A stretch of 64,000 bases of DNA from Bacteroidales bacterium (GTDB lineage Bacteria; Bacteroidota; Bacteroidia; Bacteroidales; ML635J-15). Location: contig JAFGVU010000202.1 of the NCBI GenBank assembly GCA_016937855.1, positions 12,135-76,134 of the forward strand. Direction: 5' to 3'. Numbering within the stretch: position 1 is the first letter of the stretch; every line of letters starts with the position of its first letter. This document shows, one piece after another, positions 50,070-58,306 of the stretch. Made by a program: the position numbers and the translations under genes. The notes beneath the pieces were generated by a model that worked only from the letters and a program-made list of their open reading frames with translations, had not been told where the DNA came from and did not search any database.

Positions 50070-50327
50070 ATGAAACAAGAATTAGTCATTATGACAAAAG
50101 ATGAATTTAGAGACTCAACCATTGCGATTGTAAGGCAAACTGTAAGAGAGTTAGAGAAAGGCAAAACCGCAAGCAAACTTTTTTATAAAAGTCAAGTAGC
50201 AAGGCTCTTAGGAAAGTCTCACAACACCATTAAAAAACTATGCGAAAATGGTTTTATAAAAACAACAGCTTCAGGCATGATAACGCAGGCAGCACTGGAC
50301 GAGTATTTAAATAGTGAGAATAAATAA
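50070..50327 (+). CDS. excisionase-like HTH_17 DNA-binding protein
   Basis: YKSQVARLLGKSHNTIKKLCENGFIKTTASGMITQAALDEYL matches the helix-turn-helix excisionase pattern. First gene of the rightward module. Confidence 0.55.
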   Translation: MKQELVIMTKDEFRDSTIAIVRQTVRELEKGKTASKLFYKSQVARLLGKSHNTIKKLCENGFIKTTASGMITQAALDEYLNSENK

Positions 50328-50455
50328 ATAGTTAAATCATCTTTTGTCGGAAAAGCATAAAAAAAGAGGCTTCCCACCACAAGACCACCTCTTTTTTTAA
50401 AGCAATAAAAGCATTGTAACCGCTTTTCTAGTACAAAGATACAAAAATTAAAATT

Positions 50456-50716
50456 ATGGCAAAATTTAAAGTAGTAGAATTTAGTGAAATGTTAATTCAC
50501 AGTGAATGTAAAGTGTCGTTTAATCTCGAAGATTTGGTTGATATGTCCAATGGCTTATCAATCATAATCGCTAATGCTATGCCCCAAATAGCATCCAACG
50601 GAATAATTGATAATTCACAATCTTATGATTTATCCGCAGTGTTAAATTTTAAAGCCGCCCTAGACAGGTTTTGTATGGAAACGCTTTGCAGTAATAATAA
50701 TAAAATAAATGAGTAA
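50456..50716 (+). CDS. hypothetical protein
   Basis: 86-aa ORF in the rightward module, with its stop 2 nt before the next start. Confidence 0.4.
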   Translation: MAKFKVVEFSEMLIHSECKVSFNLEDLVDMSNGLSIIIANAMPQIASNGIIDNSQSYDLSAVLNFKAALDRFCMETLCSNNNKINE

Positions 50717-50718
50717 CT

Positions 50719-51216
50719 ATGAAAATAAATAGGAATTACATAAAACTGATTTTTTTCTTAAAGCTAATACAGCACAATGAAAATCAACAGAATGAACGCA
50801 CAAAGCTAAAAGGAGAGCACATAGCATTTTTTAATTACGATTTGCTTGATGATTACGACTATGGAAATGACAACATTATTAAGTTAGATGATAAAATTGG
50901 GTTCTCTCTCTCTCCCCTAAATGCCAATCGTACAAGGAGAACCATTTACAATTATGTAAAAAGAATGACAAATGCACAAATATTTGAAAATCAAATTAGA
51001 TTGGGACGAAATGGCTCAATTTTGATTTTGAGTAATGATTTTCTAATCAAAAAAGATGCATCCGGAGAAATAGATCTTCCAAACTTTTTGAAAGGGAATT
51101 CAGAGGCTGCCGAGATTTGGCAAAAATTCAAGAATAAAAGATTATTTACGCTCTTTCAAATCGAAAATCTTTATAAGGAATTAAAAATCAAAAACACATA
51201 TCAAAACAACTATTAA
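50719..51216 (+). CDS. hypothetical protein
   Basis: 165-aa ORF, tightly spaced. No motif. Confidence 0.45.
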   Translation: MKINRNYIKLIFFLKLIQHNENQQNERTKLKGEHIAFFNYDLLDDYDYGNDNIIKLDDKIGFSLSPLNANRTRRTIYNYVKRMTNAQIFENQIRLGRNGSILILSNDFLIKKDASGEIDLPNFLKGNSEAAEIWQKFKNKRLFTLFQIENLYKELKIKNTYQNNY

Positions 51217-51270
51217 AATTAACAGGTGTCAATTTTGACACTATCAAAACAACTATTAAAAACATAAATT

Positions 51271-52083
51271 ATGGGACTATTCACAAAAAGAAATGAGCTG
51301 CAAGATATCGAAAATGTCTTTATGCAACTAGCGACAGAACAGAACTATTCAAAAAACGAGATTGCAGTTTATCTGTACTTATTACATAAGTGTAATCCTG
51401 ACACATTAAAAACAAATTGCTCCCTGGACACTTTATCTACGGAACTTAAAATAGCAGTAAATACTGTTAAATCTTGCCGAGATGGTTTACATGATTACAA
51501 TTTACTTACTTATGAGAAGTATGAAAACACTCCTACTACATACTTCATTAGAGATTTAGTAAAAGACCCGATTACAAACACGGAACCTGCCGACCAGGAT
51601 CAGATTTGGGACGTGCAAAATGTTGATGATTATAAAGTACTAAACGAAAGCTCAAACGAAACAAAAACAGAACACAGCAAAACTGCATCTTTTTTGGATA
51701 TAGACCTTTCATTTGTCGAACCTGACTTATTACCTGCATACAAAACACTCATTTACAACAAATCAAAACATAAAATTCCTTATTCTCAAGAGAGTACACT
51801 CGAGCTTTATTCTCGAATATCATCTTCAATAAGCATTGATGAACACAAAAAAATGATTTTCAATATGATTAGTAGCATTATTGAGGGTAATGTTTTTTCT
51901 GTTTTAGATGATTATGATTTGAGTTTTGTTGAAGATGAATTGTACGAAGTTTTTACTAAGCATATTATTGACGAAATTGCTTTCGGTAATACTTTTTCAC
52001 AATCGCAGCTAATTGACATGTATTCGGAGGCATTAGCTAATTCATTTGGAGATATAGAGGAATTTGAAAAAAAATTAAAATAA
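51271..52083 (+). CDS. hypothetical protein with N-terminal winged-helix-like region
   Basis: NEIAVYLYLLHKCNPDTLKTNCSLDTLSTELKIAVNTVKSCRDGLHDYNLLTY resembles a DnaD/replication-initiator-type wHTH. It sits directly upstream of the primase-helicase. Confidence 0.45.
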   Translation: MGLFTKRNELQDIENVFMQLATEQNYSKNEIAVYLYLLHKCNPDTLKTNCSLDTLSTELKIAVNTVKSCRDGLHDYNLLTYEKYENTPTTYFIRDLVKDPITNTEPADQDQIWDVQNVDDYKVLNESSNETKTEHSKTASFLDIDLSFVEPDLLPAYKTLIYNKSKHKIPYSQESTLELYSRISSSISIDEHKKMIFNMISSIIEGNVFSVLDDYDLSFVEDELYEVFTKHIIDEIAFGNTFSQSQLIDMYSEALANSFGDIEEFEKKLK

Positions 52084-52089
52084 ATAGTT

Positions 52090-54285
52090 ATGTCGTATTT
52101 GCAGCAAAGGTTAAAAGAAATGAATATTACGCAGAAAGATAATACTTTTACTGCGACTAATATTGAGCATACTAATCAAAGATTTAGTTTTTTTTCAGAG
52201 GATGCCGATGGTAATATAATTATAAGTTACCTCTCTCCTGATGGTTTTATAGAATATTATACTCCTGACAATAAGAAGTTCCTGCCTTTTAATCGGATTA
52301 GATACAAATCGCCTGATGACAACAAAAGAAAATATAAACAAGCCTTTGGGACAGAGGTAATTCCGTTTTCAACTCCTAGAATTATAGAATCTTTTCAGAA
52401 AAAAGAAAAGGTAAAAACACTTTATATAACTGAAGGTGAGTTTAAATCTTTTTCGCTTAGCAAAGAGGGAATACATTGTATGGGTATTGGAGGGATACAC
52501 AATTTCAAGAACAAGGATAAAGACAAGTTACACCAATACATAATTGATTTCATTAAAACTTGTCAGGTGGAAAACATAGTTTTATTGTTTGATGCAGATT
52601 GCTTAAAAGTAGAGTGGAAAGAAAACGAAGATTTAACAACTCGATTGAAACAATTCCATTCAGCTGTTTCAACATTTAACGAATTGCTTAAGCCTTTTGA
52701 CGTTACGATGTATTTTGCACATATTGACGTAAATAGTGAACATAAAGGCATCGACGATTTACTTAATGCTGTAAAGAACAAAAAAGATGTACTAGATGAA
52801 CTAACCTCATTTACTAGTGGTTCTGAAAATCGCAAATATATCCATACATATAAAGTTTCAGGAGTCTCACCTTATAATATTAAGCGGATATTTGGATTAG
52901 ATAGCGTACAAACATTCTTCGAGAAAAACTTTTCCCTTTTACAAGATAAGGAATTTATTTATTATAAAGACCCATATTATTGTGATGCAAATGGAAAATT
53001 AAGCGTTAGTTGGAAAGGCGAACAAAACAATTACATAAGAATTGGCACAGATTACTTTAAAAAGGTTATAGAAACATCTCCAAATAAACAAACAGAAATA
53101 AATTTAAAGCGTTGGACAATAACTACAATAAAAGCGGACTATAACAAATCTAATATTTTTATCAATAAAATACAAAAGTGCGATAGTTTCACAAACATTC
53201 CCGAAAACGATCCTAAAGAATATAAACAAATTGTTCATTCTGAAAAAAATGGAATAAAATCAGTATTATACAATCGTTATGAGCTTGTTTCTCACATCCC
53301 ATCAGAAGGAGACTGGTCAAATATTGACAATCTGTTACATCATATTTTTGATTATCAAAACTGTTCAGGAGAGCCGTTATATGAGTTTGCTTTAGACTAT
53401 TTACAAATTCTCTACAAATCTCCTGTCACCAAACTGCCGGTATTGTGTTTAGTCAGCAAGGAAAACGGCACAGGAAAAACAACATTCCTTGAATTTTTGA
53501 GAGCAATTTATGTTGAGAATATGCGAATTTTAGACTCCGATAGAATTAGCAGTAAGTTTAACGGCAGTTGGGCAGGTAAGTTAGTTGTTGCCATTGATGA
53601 ATCTTTAATTGCTATGGATAAGGATACTGTCAAGAACCGGATTAAAATGATAGCGACTAATAAAACAATACCATTAGAAGAAAAAGGTTTAGAAGCTCGT
53701 GAAATCCCGAATTTTGCAAAACTTATTATGTGTAGTAATGATGAAAACAACTTTATGCGAATAGACCAGGAAGAGAACAGATATTGTATAATAAAGGTTC
53801 CTGCAATTCCTCTTGACAAAAGAGATAACAAGCTATATGATAAAATGATTAAAGAGATACCGGCATTTCTATATTTCTTAAAAAACAGAAAACTGCATTA
53901 TCCTGATGTTTCTCGTTTGTACTTTGATGAAAGAATCTACACAACTCCTGCACTTAAAAAAGTAAAAGAAAGAACAGAAGCTCCACTAATTAAACACATA
54001 AAAGACGTTATTCGAGGTCAGTTTGAAAAAAGCAATACTGATTACGTTAGACTATCTCTTAAAGCTTTATACGATTTGGTAAAACTACAATATGCTTATG
54101 CAGATAGACTTAAAATTCAAGAATGGCTCAACGATAATAACTATAAGACAAGTTCAGCATCAAACATTGAGTATTATTTGCCTGATAACGATGAACCTAT
54201 TAAGACTAAAGCTAAATATTACGAGTTTGAAATAAACAACTTCTTTTCAGAGGAAGAGTTAGCAGACCTTTTAGTAAATGGCTAA
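52090..54285 (+). CDS. primase-helicase (Toprim-like N-terminal region + SF3/D5-P4-type NTPase)
   Basis: Toprim-like acidic motifs (LYITEGEFKS ... IVLLFDADC), Walker A SKENGTGKTTF and Walker B VVAIDES, in a 731-aa protein. Confidence 0.7.
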   Translation: MSYLQQRLKEMNITQKDNTFTATNIEHTNQRFSFFSEDADGNIIISYLSPDGFIEYYTPDNKKFLPFNRIRYKSPDDNKRKYKQAFGTEVIPFSTPRIIESFQKKEKVKTLYITEGEFKSFSLSKEGIHCMGIGGIHNFKNKDKDKLHQYIIDFIKTCQVENIVLLFDADCLKVEWKENEDLTTRLKQFHSAVSTFNELLKPFDVTMYFAHIDVNSEHKGIDDLLNAVKNKKDVLDELTSFTSGSENRKYIHTYKVSGVSPYNIKRIFGLDSVQTFFEKNFSLLQDKEFIYYKDPYYCDANGKLSVSWKGEQNNYIRIGTDYFKKVIETSPNKQTEINLKRWTITTIKADYNKSNIFINKIQKCDSFTNIPENDPKEYKQIVHSEKNGIKSVLYNRYELVSHIPSEGDWSNIDNLLHHIFDYQNCSGEPLYEFALDYLQILYKSPVTKLPVLCLVSKENGTGKTTFLEFLRAIYVENMRILDSDRISSKFNGSWAGKLVVAIDESLIAMDKDTVKNRIKMIATNKTIPLEEKGLEAREIPNFAKLIMCSNDENNFMRIDQEENRYCIIKVPAIPLDKRDNKLYDKMIKEIPAFLYFLKNRKLHYPDVSRLYFDERIYTTPALKKVKERTEAPLIKHIKDVIRGQFEKSNTDYVRLSLKALYDLVKLQYAYADRLKIQEWLNDNNYKTSSASNIEYYLPDNDEPIKTKAKYYEFEINNFFSEEELADLLVNG

Positions 54286-54302
54286 CAAATTAGTATCACT
54301 TG

Positions 54303-54360
54303 TTTTTTCGATACTTATCGACTTTTTTCGACACTTATCGACACTTAACGGCTTTTTTCG
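54303..54360 (+). repeat. iteron-like direct repeats downstream of the primase-helicase
   Basis: TTTTTTCGATACTTATCGAC, then TTTTTTCGACACTTATCGAC, then ACTTAACGGC-TTTTTTCGGC in tandem. Confidence 0.6.
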
Positions 54361-54408
54361 GCAACTAAATGGAAACAATTAATAAATTTAACAAAAAAAA
54401 ATTTTACA

Positions 54409-54945
54409 ATGAAAACACAAAAAGGAAAAAATCTAATAGTTGGCGCTCTTGGTACTCTTGGGATCGCTACTTTGTTTATTGGTGGCCAAGCATTTAGACT
54501 GAACAAATGGCTCAATCAACTATCTGTTAAACAAACTGGTAATATTATTGGTGTACGCGATGATAAAATCATATTGAAGTATCAAACAATAATTGAAAAT
54601 TCAAAAGGAATTGAGAGGATTATAAGCAAGCCGACAATAACAATTTTTAATCAAGGTGAAAGAATCGCAATGTTCACTTCAAAAAATGATAAAATCAAAA
54701 TTAGCAAACACACTATTACACGTATAGACTATGAATTTTCAATTTCAAAATCATACGGGAATATTTATAAAACTCTTTTGAACTCCAGTAATGATGCAGA
54801 TAAAAAGATAGACTATATTATTAAGAGATCTTTTTTCACCAGCAGAAATTCACCTGTTGTGTTCGGAGTTGAACTTGATGTTGAAATAGAAATGAAAATT
54901 GGTTTTGGTTTAAAAAGACGTGTAAAAGTCAAAATGATTATCTAG
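54409..54945 (+). CDS. hypothetical single-TM protein
   Basis: N-terminal TM (LIVGALGTLGIATLFIGG). No motif. Confidence 0.45.
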   Translation: MKTQKGKNLIVGALGTLGIATLFIGGQAFRLNKWLNQLSVKQTGNIIGVRDDKIILKYQTIIENSKGIERIISKPTITIFNQGERIAMFTSKNDKIKISKHTITRIDYEFSISKSYGNIYKTLLNSSNDADKKIDYIIKRSFFTSRNSPVVFGVELDVEIEMKIGFGLKRRVKVKMII

Positions 54946-54987
54946 CTATCTGTTGTTTCTTATTTTTTCTCCACATATACTTTAAAA

Positions 54988-55015
54988 ACAGGCTCATGAC
55001 GAGTCTGTTTTTTTT
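54988..55015 (+). terminator. rho-independent terminator
   Basis: ACAGGCTC (54988-54995) pairs with GAGTCTGT (55001-55008, one G-U), followed by a T-run. Confidence 0.65.
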
Positions 55016-55049
55016 ATCAAATTATAAAATTGTATGGTAGTGATTATGT

Positions 55050-55274
55050 CGGATATCAAAATTCAAATAAATTAGGTAGATTTAGTTGATTTGGTAGATA
55101 TTGCGATTAAAGCATTGCTATTACTATATTTATATTATTTTTTAATAAAGTAGATAAAGGTAGATAAAGTATATAAATAAAAAACTATCTACCATTACCT
55201 ACCAATTGATTTTCAAACATCTACCTTGTAACCATTTGAAAAACAAACACTTATACAAAATCTACCAAATCAAC
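55050..55274. promoter_or_regulatory. symmetric array of GGTAGAT / ATCTACC boxes around an AT-rich core (candidate ori or recombination-directionality site)
   Basis: Forward boxes lie at 55075, 55093, 55153 (GTAGAT) and 55159. Reverse boxes lie at 55187, ~55197 (ACCTACC), 55219 and 55260. There is a perfect 15-bp inverted repeat GTTGATTTGGTAGAT (55085-55099) / ATCTACCAAATCAAC (55260-55274). Confidence 0.55.
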
Positions 55275-55582
55275 GTGGTTTTGTAAAAATTGTCACACAT
55301 TTTTTTGATTTTTACGCTTTTTTGATTTATCTTTGTGGTAATAATCTCTTGTACTTAGGACGCTGTTTTTTACAGATTTTGCCTTTAATCCTACAAGAGA
55401 TTTTTTTTGTCATGTTGAAATATTGTGTGTTTTTGCATAAGTATTCTTTTGCGATTGGGATGCTGATTTCAGACTTCGCCCGAAACACCGTAAAAGAATA
55501 CTTCTTAAAATATAGCTATGCACACCTGTCGCAATTGATGCTTCGGTCACTGCATAGTTTTTTATTTTAGAATGTAATTAGG

Positions 55583-56806
55583 CTACAATTTCAAAGCTGC
55601 GATAACCTTTTCATTAGCATCATCAATCAAATCGTCATCATAATCAATATAAACAGCCGTTACATCATTATTTGAGTGTCCTAGTGCAAGTCTAATTATA
55701 TCGTAGTCAATACCTATTTTCCTAGCAATTGTAGCCCAACTATGTCGAGCATAATAAGTTGACAATTCAACATTTATTTCCAAATCTTTAGCTATATTTT
55801 TTAGGTGTTTATTTGTCGTTTTAATTACATCAGAGTGCAATTCTGTTTTTCTCTCGGTATTATATTTTTTAAGCTTTTTCTCCAATATGTCAATCAAAAA
55901 TTTATCTCCTCGATACTTTTTAATGATATTTTTAGCTTCAGCAACTATTTTAATACTCATTCCCTTTTTAGTTTTAGACCGATAAAACTCTATCCTATTA
56001 TTGTAAATATCAGTTTGTTTCGCATAAAGCAAATCTTTAAAATTCATCCCTATAAGGTAAAAGCTTAATTTAAACAAGTCTAGTGCTTTATTTTCAGCCC
56101 TGGTCCCGGAGTAATTAAACAATTTAACCATATCATCAATACTTAAAGCTCTATGTCTAGTTTTTTCTGTAACAATCTTAAAGTTTTTAAATGGATATTC
56201 GTTGTATGTGATATATGAGTTTTTTATTGCATAGTTAAACACAGCTCTAATATTTCTCAAGTTAATGGAGATGTAATTAGTTTTATTATTATTATTTCGC
56301 AAATAATCAACTAACTTTTGTAAGAAACTAGGATCAATCTCTCGTAAAAGTATTTTTCTGTTTTTACTAAACTTCTCCAAAATTGTTTTAGTATTTTCAT
56401 ATAGCCTGTAAGTACCGGATTTAGGGTTTTCCTTTTTCTTCAAAAGTATAAATTCATCGAGAATGTCATTAAAATAAATGGATTTCTCTTTTGTCATGTG
56501 CTGTAAAAACAACTGTTTAATATCAACCGCTTTATAGACATTTATATTTTCTCTTGCAACCAAAGCAAATAAGAACTGCTCAAAGTTTTGTTTGTATTCC
56601 AGTAACAGTATATTTTCTCGATCAATATGATAATCTGTGCATGATTTCTTAATTTTACACTTAACGTCATCCCAATCACTTTGCTTTAAATTGTAAGGCA
56701 AGGCAATATATGCTACTGTTGAATTATGTGAAATTCTTAATTTCAAAGGGAACTTATTGTTTGCAATAGCCCTTCTAGTATCTAATAAAATTGTAGATTT
56801 TGCCAT
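55583..56806 (-). CDS. int: tyrosine recombinase / integrase (Bacteroidota type with N-terminal arm-binding domain)
   Basis: Catalytic blocks ARHSWAT, LGHS and the terminal AVYIDY tyrosine. The N-terminal KFPLKLRISHNSTVAYIALPYNL resembles an Arm DNA-binding domain. Start placed at ATG 56806 (MAKSTILL) rather than GTG 56818. Confidence 0.85.
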   Translation of the reverse strand: MAKSTILLDTRRAIANNKFPLKLRISHNSTVAYIALPYNLKQSDWDDVKCKIKKSCTDYHIDRENILLLEYKQNFEQFLFALVARENINVYKAVDIKQLFLQHMTKEKSIYFNDILDEFILLKKKENPKSGTYRLYENTKTILEKFSKNRKILLREIDPSFLQKLVDYLRNNNNKTNYISINLRNIRAVFNYAIKNSYITYNEYPFKNFKIVTEKTRHRALSIDDMVKLFNYSGTRAENKALDLFKLSFYLIGMNFKDLLYAKQTDIYNNRIEFYRSKTKKGMSIKIVAEAKNIIKKYRGDKFLIDILEKKLKKYNTERKTELHSDVIKTTNKHLKNIAKDLEINVELSTYYARHSWATIARKIGIDYDIIRLALGHSNNDVTAVYIDYDDDLIDDANEKVIAALKL

Positions 56807-56808
56807 AA

Positions 56809-56870
56809 TTATTTGCACACTATTTGCACGATTTTCTTACAAAAATACATTATTTGCACATAATTTGCAA
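56809..56870 (+). promoter_or_regulatory. cluster of four TATTTGCA(C) boxes at the right end (candidate arm-type/operator sites)
   Basis: TTATTTGCAC 56809, TATTTGCACG 56821, TATTTGCACA 56851 and TAATTTGCAA 56861, followed by tandem AAGGAATAAA x2 (56878-56897). Confidence 0.45.
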
Positions 56871-56940
56871 TTTTTTAAAGGAATAAAAAGGAATAAAAAG
56901 GAACGTAAACGAACATAAAAAACTAATACAAGGCTAAATA

Positions 56941-56995
56941 AAAAGCTTAATATTACTTTGTTTGAACTCTACAAACATCATAATATCAAGCTTTT
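56941..56995 (-). terminator. element-encoded terminator for the reconstituted tRNA-Val
   Basis: A 15-bp inverted repeat (56941-56955 / 56981-56995). Its single mismatch is a G-U only on the minus strand. The minus strand continues with a U-rich tract, but the loop is long (25 nt). Confidence 0.5.
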
Positions 56996-57002
56996 ATTTT
57001 TG

Positions 57003-57077
57003 TGAGTCATGCTGGATTTGAACCAGCGACCCCTAGCCTGTCAAGCTAGTGCTCTAAACCAACTGAGCTAATGACTC
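57003..57077 (-). tRNA. tRNA-Val (anticodon GAC)
   Basis: Manual cloverleaf: acceptor GAGTCAT/ATGACTC, D arm GCTC-AGTTGGTTTA-GAGC, anticodon arm CTAGC-TTGACAG-GCTAG, T arm GCTGG-TTCAAAT-CCAGC, discriminator A. 75 nt, with no encoded CCA. Confidence 0.9.
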
Positions 57078-57107
57078 TTATAATTAAATTCTAAATAGAA
57101 ACACATA

Positions 57108-57287
57108 AGTGCTCTAAACCAATCCCGAAAAATCATAAAATTTATTGAAATTTTATAATATTTTTCGAGGAGTCTCGATTTTTAACGAAAAATCTATTCT
57201 CCTTATAAAATCCAAATCTTTCAAAAAACTTATCACTCTTTTCAGGTAGATTTTTCTAAAAATCGGACCTGAGCTAATGACTCTTAT
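57108..57287 (-). pseudogene. split pseudo-copy of tRNA-Val leader + nt 1-28, interrupted by 146 bp in the D-loop
   Basis: 57108-57122 is identical to 57048-57062, and 57269-57287 is identical to 57063-57081. The insert spans 57123-57268. Confidence 0.8.
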
Positions 57288-57347
57288 TTCGGAATGCAAA
57301 AATATTAAAAATTTAAACTTTACAAAAAATATTTTTGAGACTTAAAA

Positions 57348-58145
57348 TTAATCTATCTGACGTTCAATAAGAAATGATTTACGACCATTGCGAATCTCAA
57401 CTTTTGTAATCCAATTCCCTTTATCATCGTACTCATATTCGTACTCATAAACATCTTTAATATTGCTATCGTGTTCAGTTACAATTCTCTTCTCAAAAGC
57501 TCCCGAATCGTCATAATAATACTCTACTACAGTACAAATCCCCTGAGATTTATCCTCAAATTCACTCTTTATAAGTTTATTGTTTTCATCAAAAAATTTA
57601 GTCGTAACAACCGATGCTTCGTTTTCCCCTCTTATAAACATCTCAAGTTTAGTAGGATTATTGTTTGAATCATAAGTTATCACTTCAACTGTATGCATAT
57701 CGCCGTCTGCTAAATAGTTTTCAGTTGTCATCAATAAACCCAATTCATTATGAAAATACTTTTTATATCCATCGAGTTTCCCTTCTTCTTTAAAGATTTG
57801 GCTCGAATCACGCAAGTTATCCTCTCCGTAGAAATTTACAGTTTTTGAAATCAAATAGTTTTCGGAACCAAAATACTCAACACTCTCAACAAATCCTTTG
57901 TCATTGTAAGAAGTTCTATGTCTGGTTTCCAAATCTCCTTTCCCAAGAATTGAATCAGCATTATAATCGTAATAATAACGTCTTTCGTCAATTGATTTGA
58001 TTTCACCTTTTAAACTAGATTTTTCGAGGTCACTAATAACATTAGGTTTTTGAGAATTATCATCTTTCTCTTGATTTACTGAAGCCGAACAAGAGCTAAT
58101 AATTACCGCGAGTATCAGAGCAGAAAATAGCAATAAATTTTTCAT
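57348..58145 (-). CDS. hypothetical lipoprotein with short Y/D/E-rich beta-hairpin repeats
   Basis: Lipobox (VIISSCS) and repeated Y.YD..G motifs. Confidence 0.5.
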   Translation of the reverse strand: MKNLLLFSALILAVIISSCSASVNQEKDDNSQKPNVISDLEKSSLKGEIKSIDERRYYYDYNADSILGKGDLETRHRTSYNDKGFVESVEYFGSENYLISKTVNFYGEDNLRDSSQIFKEEGKLDGYKKYFHNELGLLMTTENYLADGDMHTVEVITYDSNNNPTKLEMFIRGENEASVVTTKFFDENNKLIKSEFEDKSQGICTVVEYYYDDSGAFEKRIVTEHDSNIKDVYEYEYEYDDKGNWITKVEIRNGRKSFLIERQID

Positions 58146-58240
58146 ATTCTAAAATTGTTTGATTTAAAAACAAATATACAAATTTAAAACTAAAATAGAT
58201 AAAAAAATATTGCGATGAAATGAAAATTTATTTTGGGATA

Positions 58241-58274
58241 AAAACAAAAACGACACCCCATCCCTGAGGTGTCG
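58241..58274 (-). terminator. rho-independent terminator of the minus-strand operon
   Basis: CGACACC (58251-58257) pairs with GGTGTCG (58268-58274). The minus strand continues TTTTTGTTTTT. Confidence 0.7.
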
Positions 58275-58306
58275 CACCTACATCTTCAAATCCAAAAACT
58301 TGAAAA

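Larger units (their letters stand above)
43699..57045. mobile_element. ~13.3-kb tRNA-Val-integrated element (integrase, Xis-like, regulator, primase-helicase, defence cargo)
   Basis: Flanking 46-bp direct repeats derive from the tRNA 3' half. A tyrosine integrase lies next to the intact tRNA, with replication and regulatory genes inside. Confidence 0.85.

Noticed and set aside
55322-55570. 82-aa ORF between the GGTAGAT array and the integrase gene.
   Set aside because: It has a TTG start and a Leu/Phe/Cys-rich translation, sits in an otherwise regulatory AT-rich spacer, and runs head-on into the int 3' end. It is most likely non-coding.
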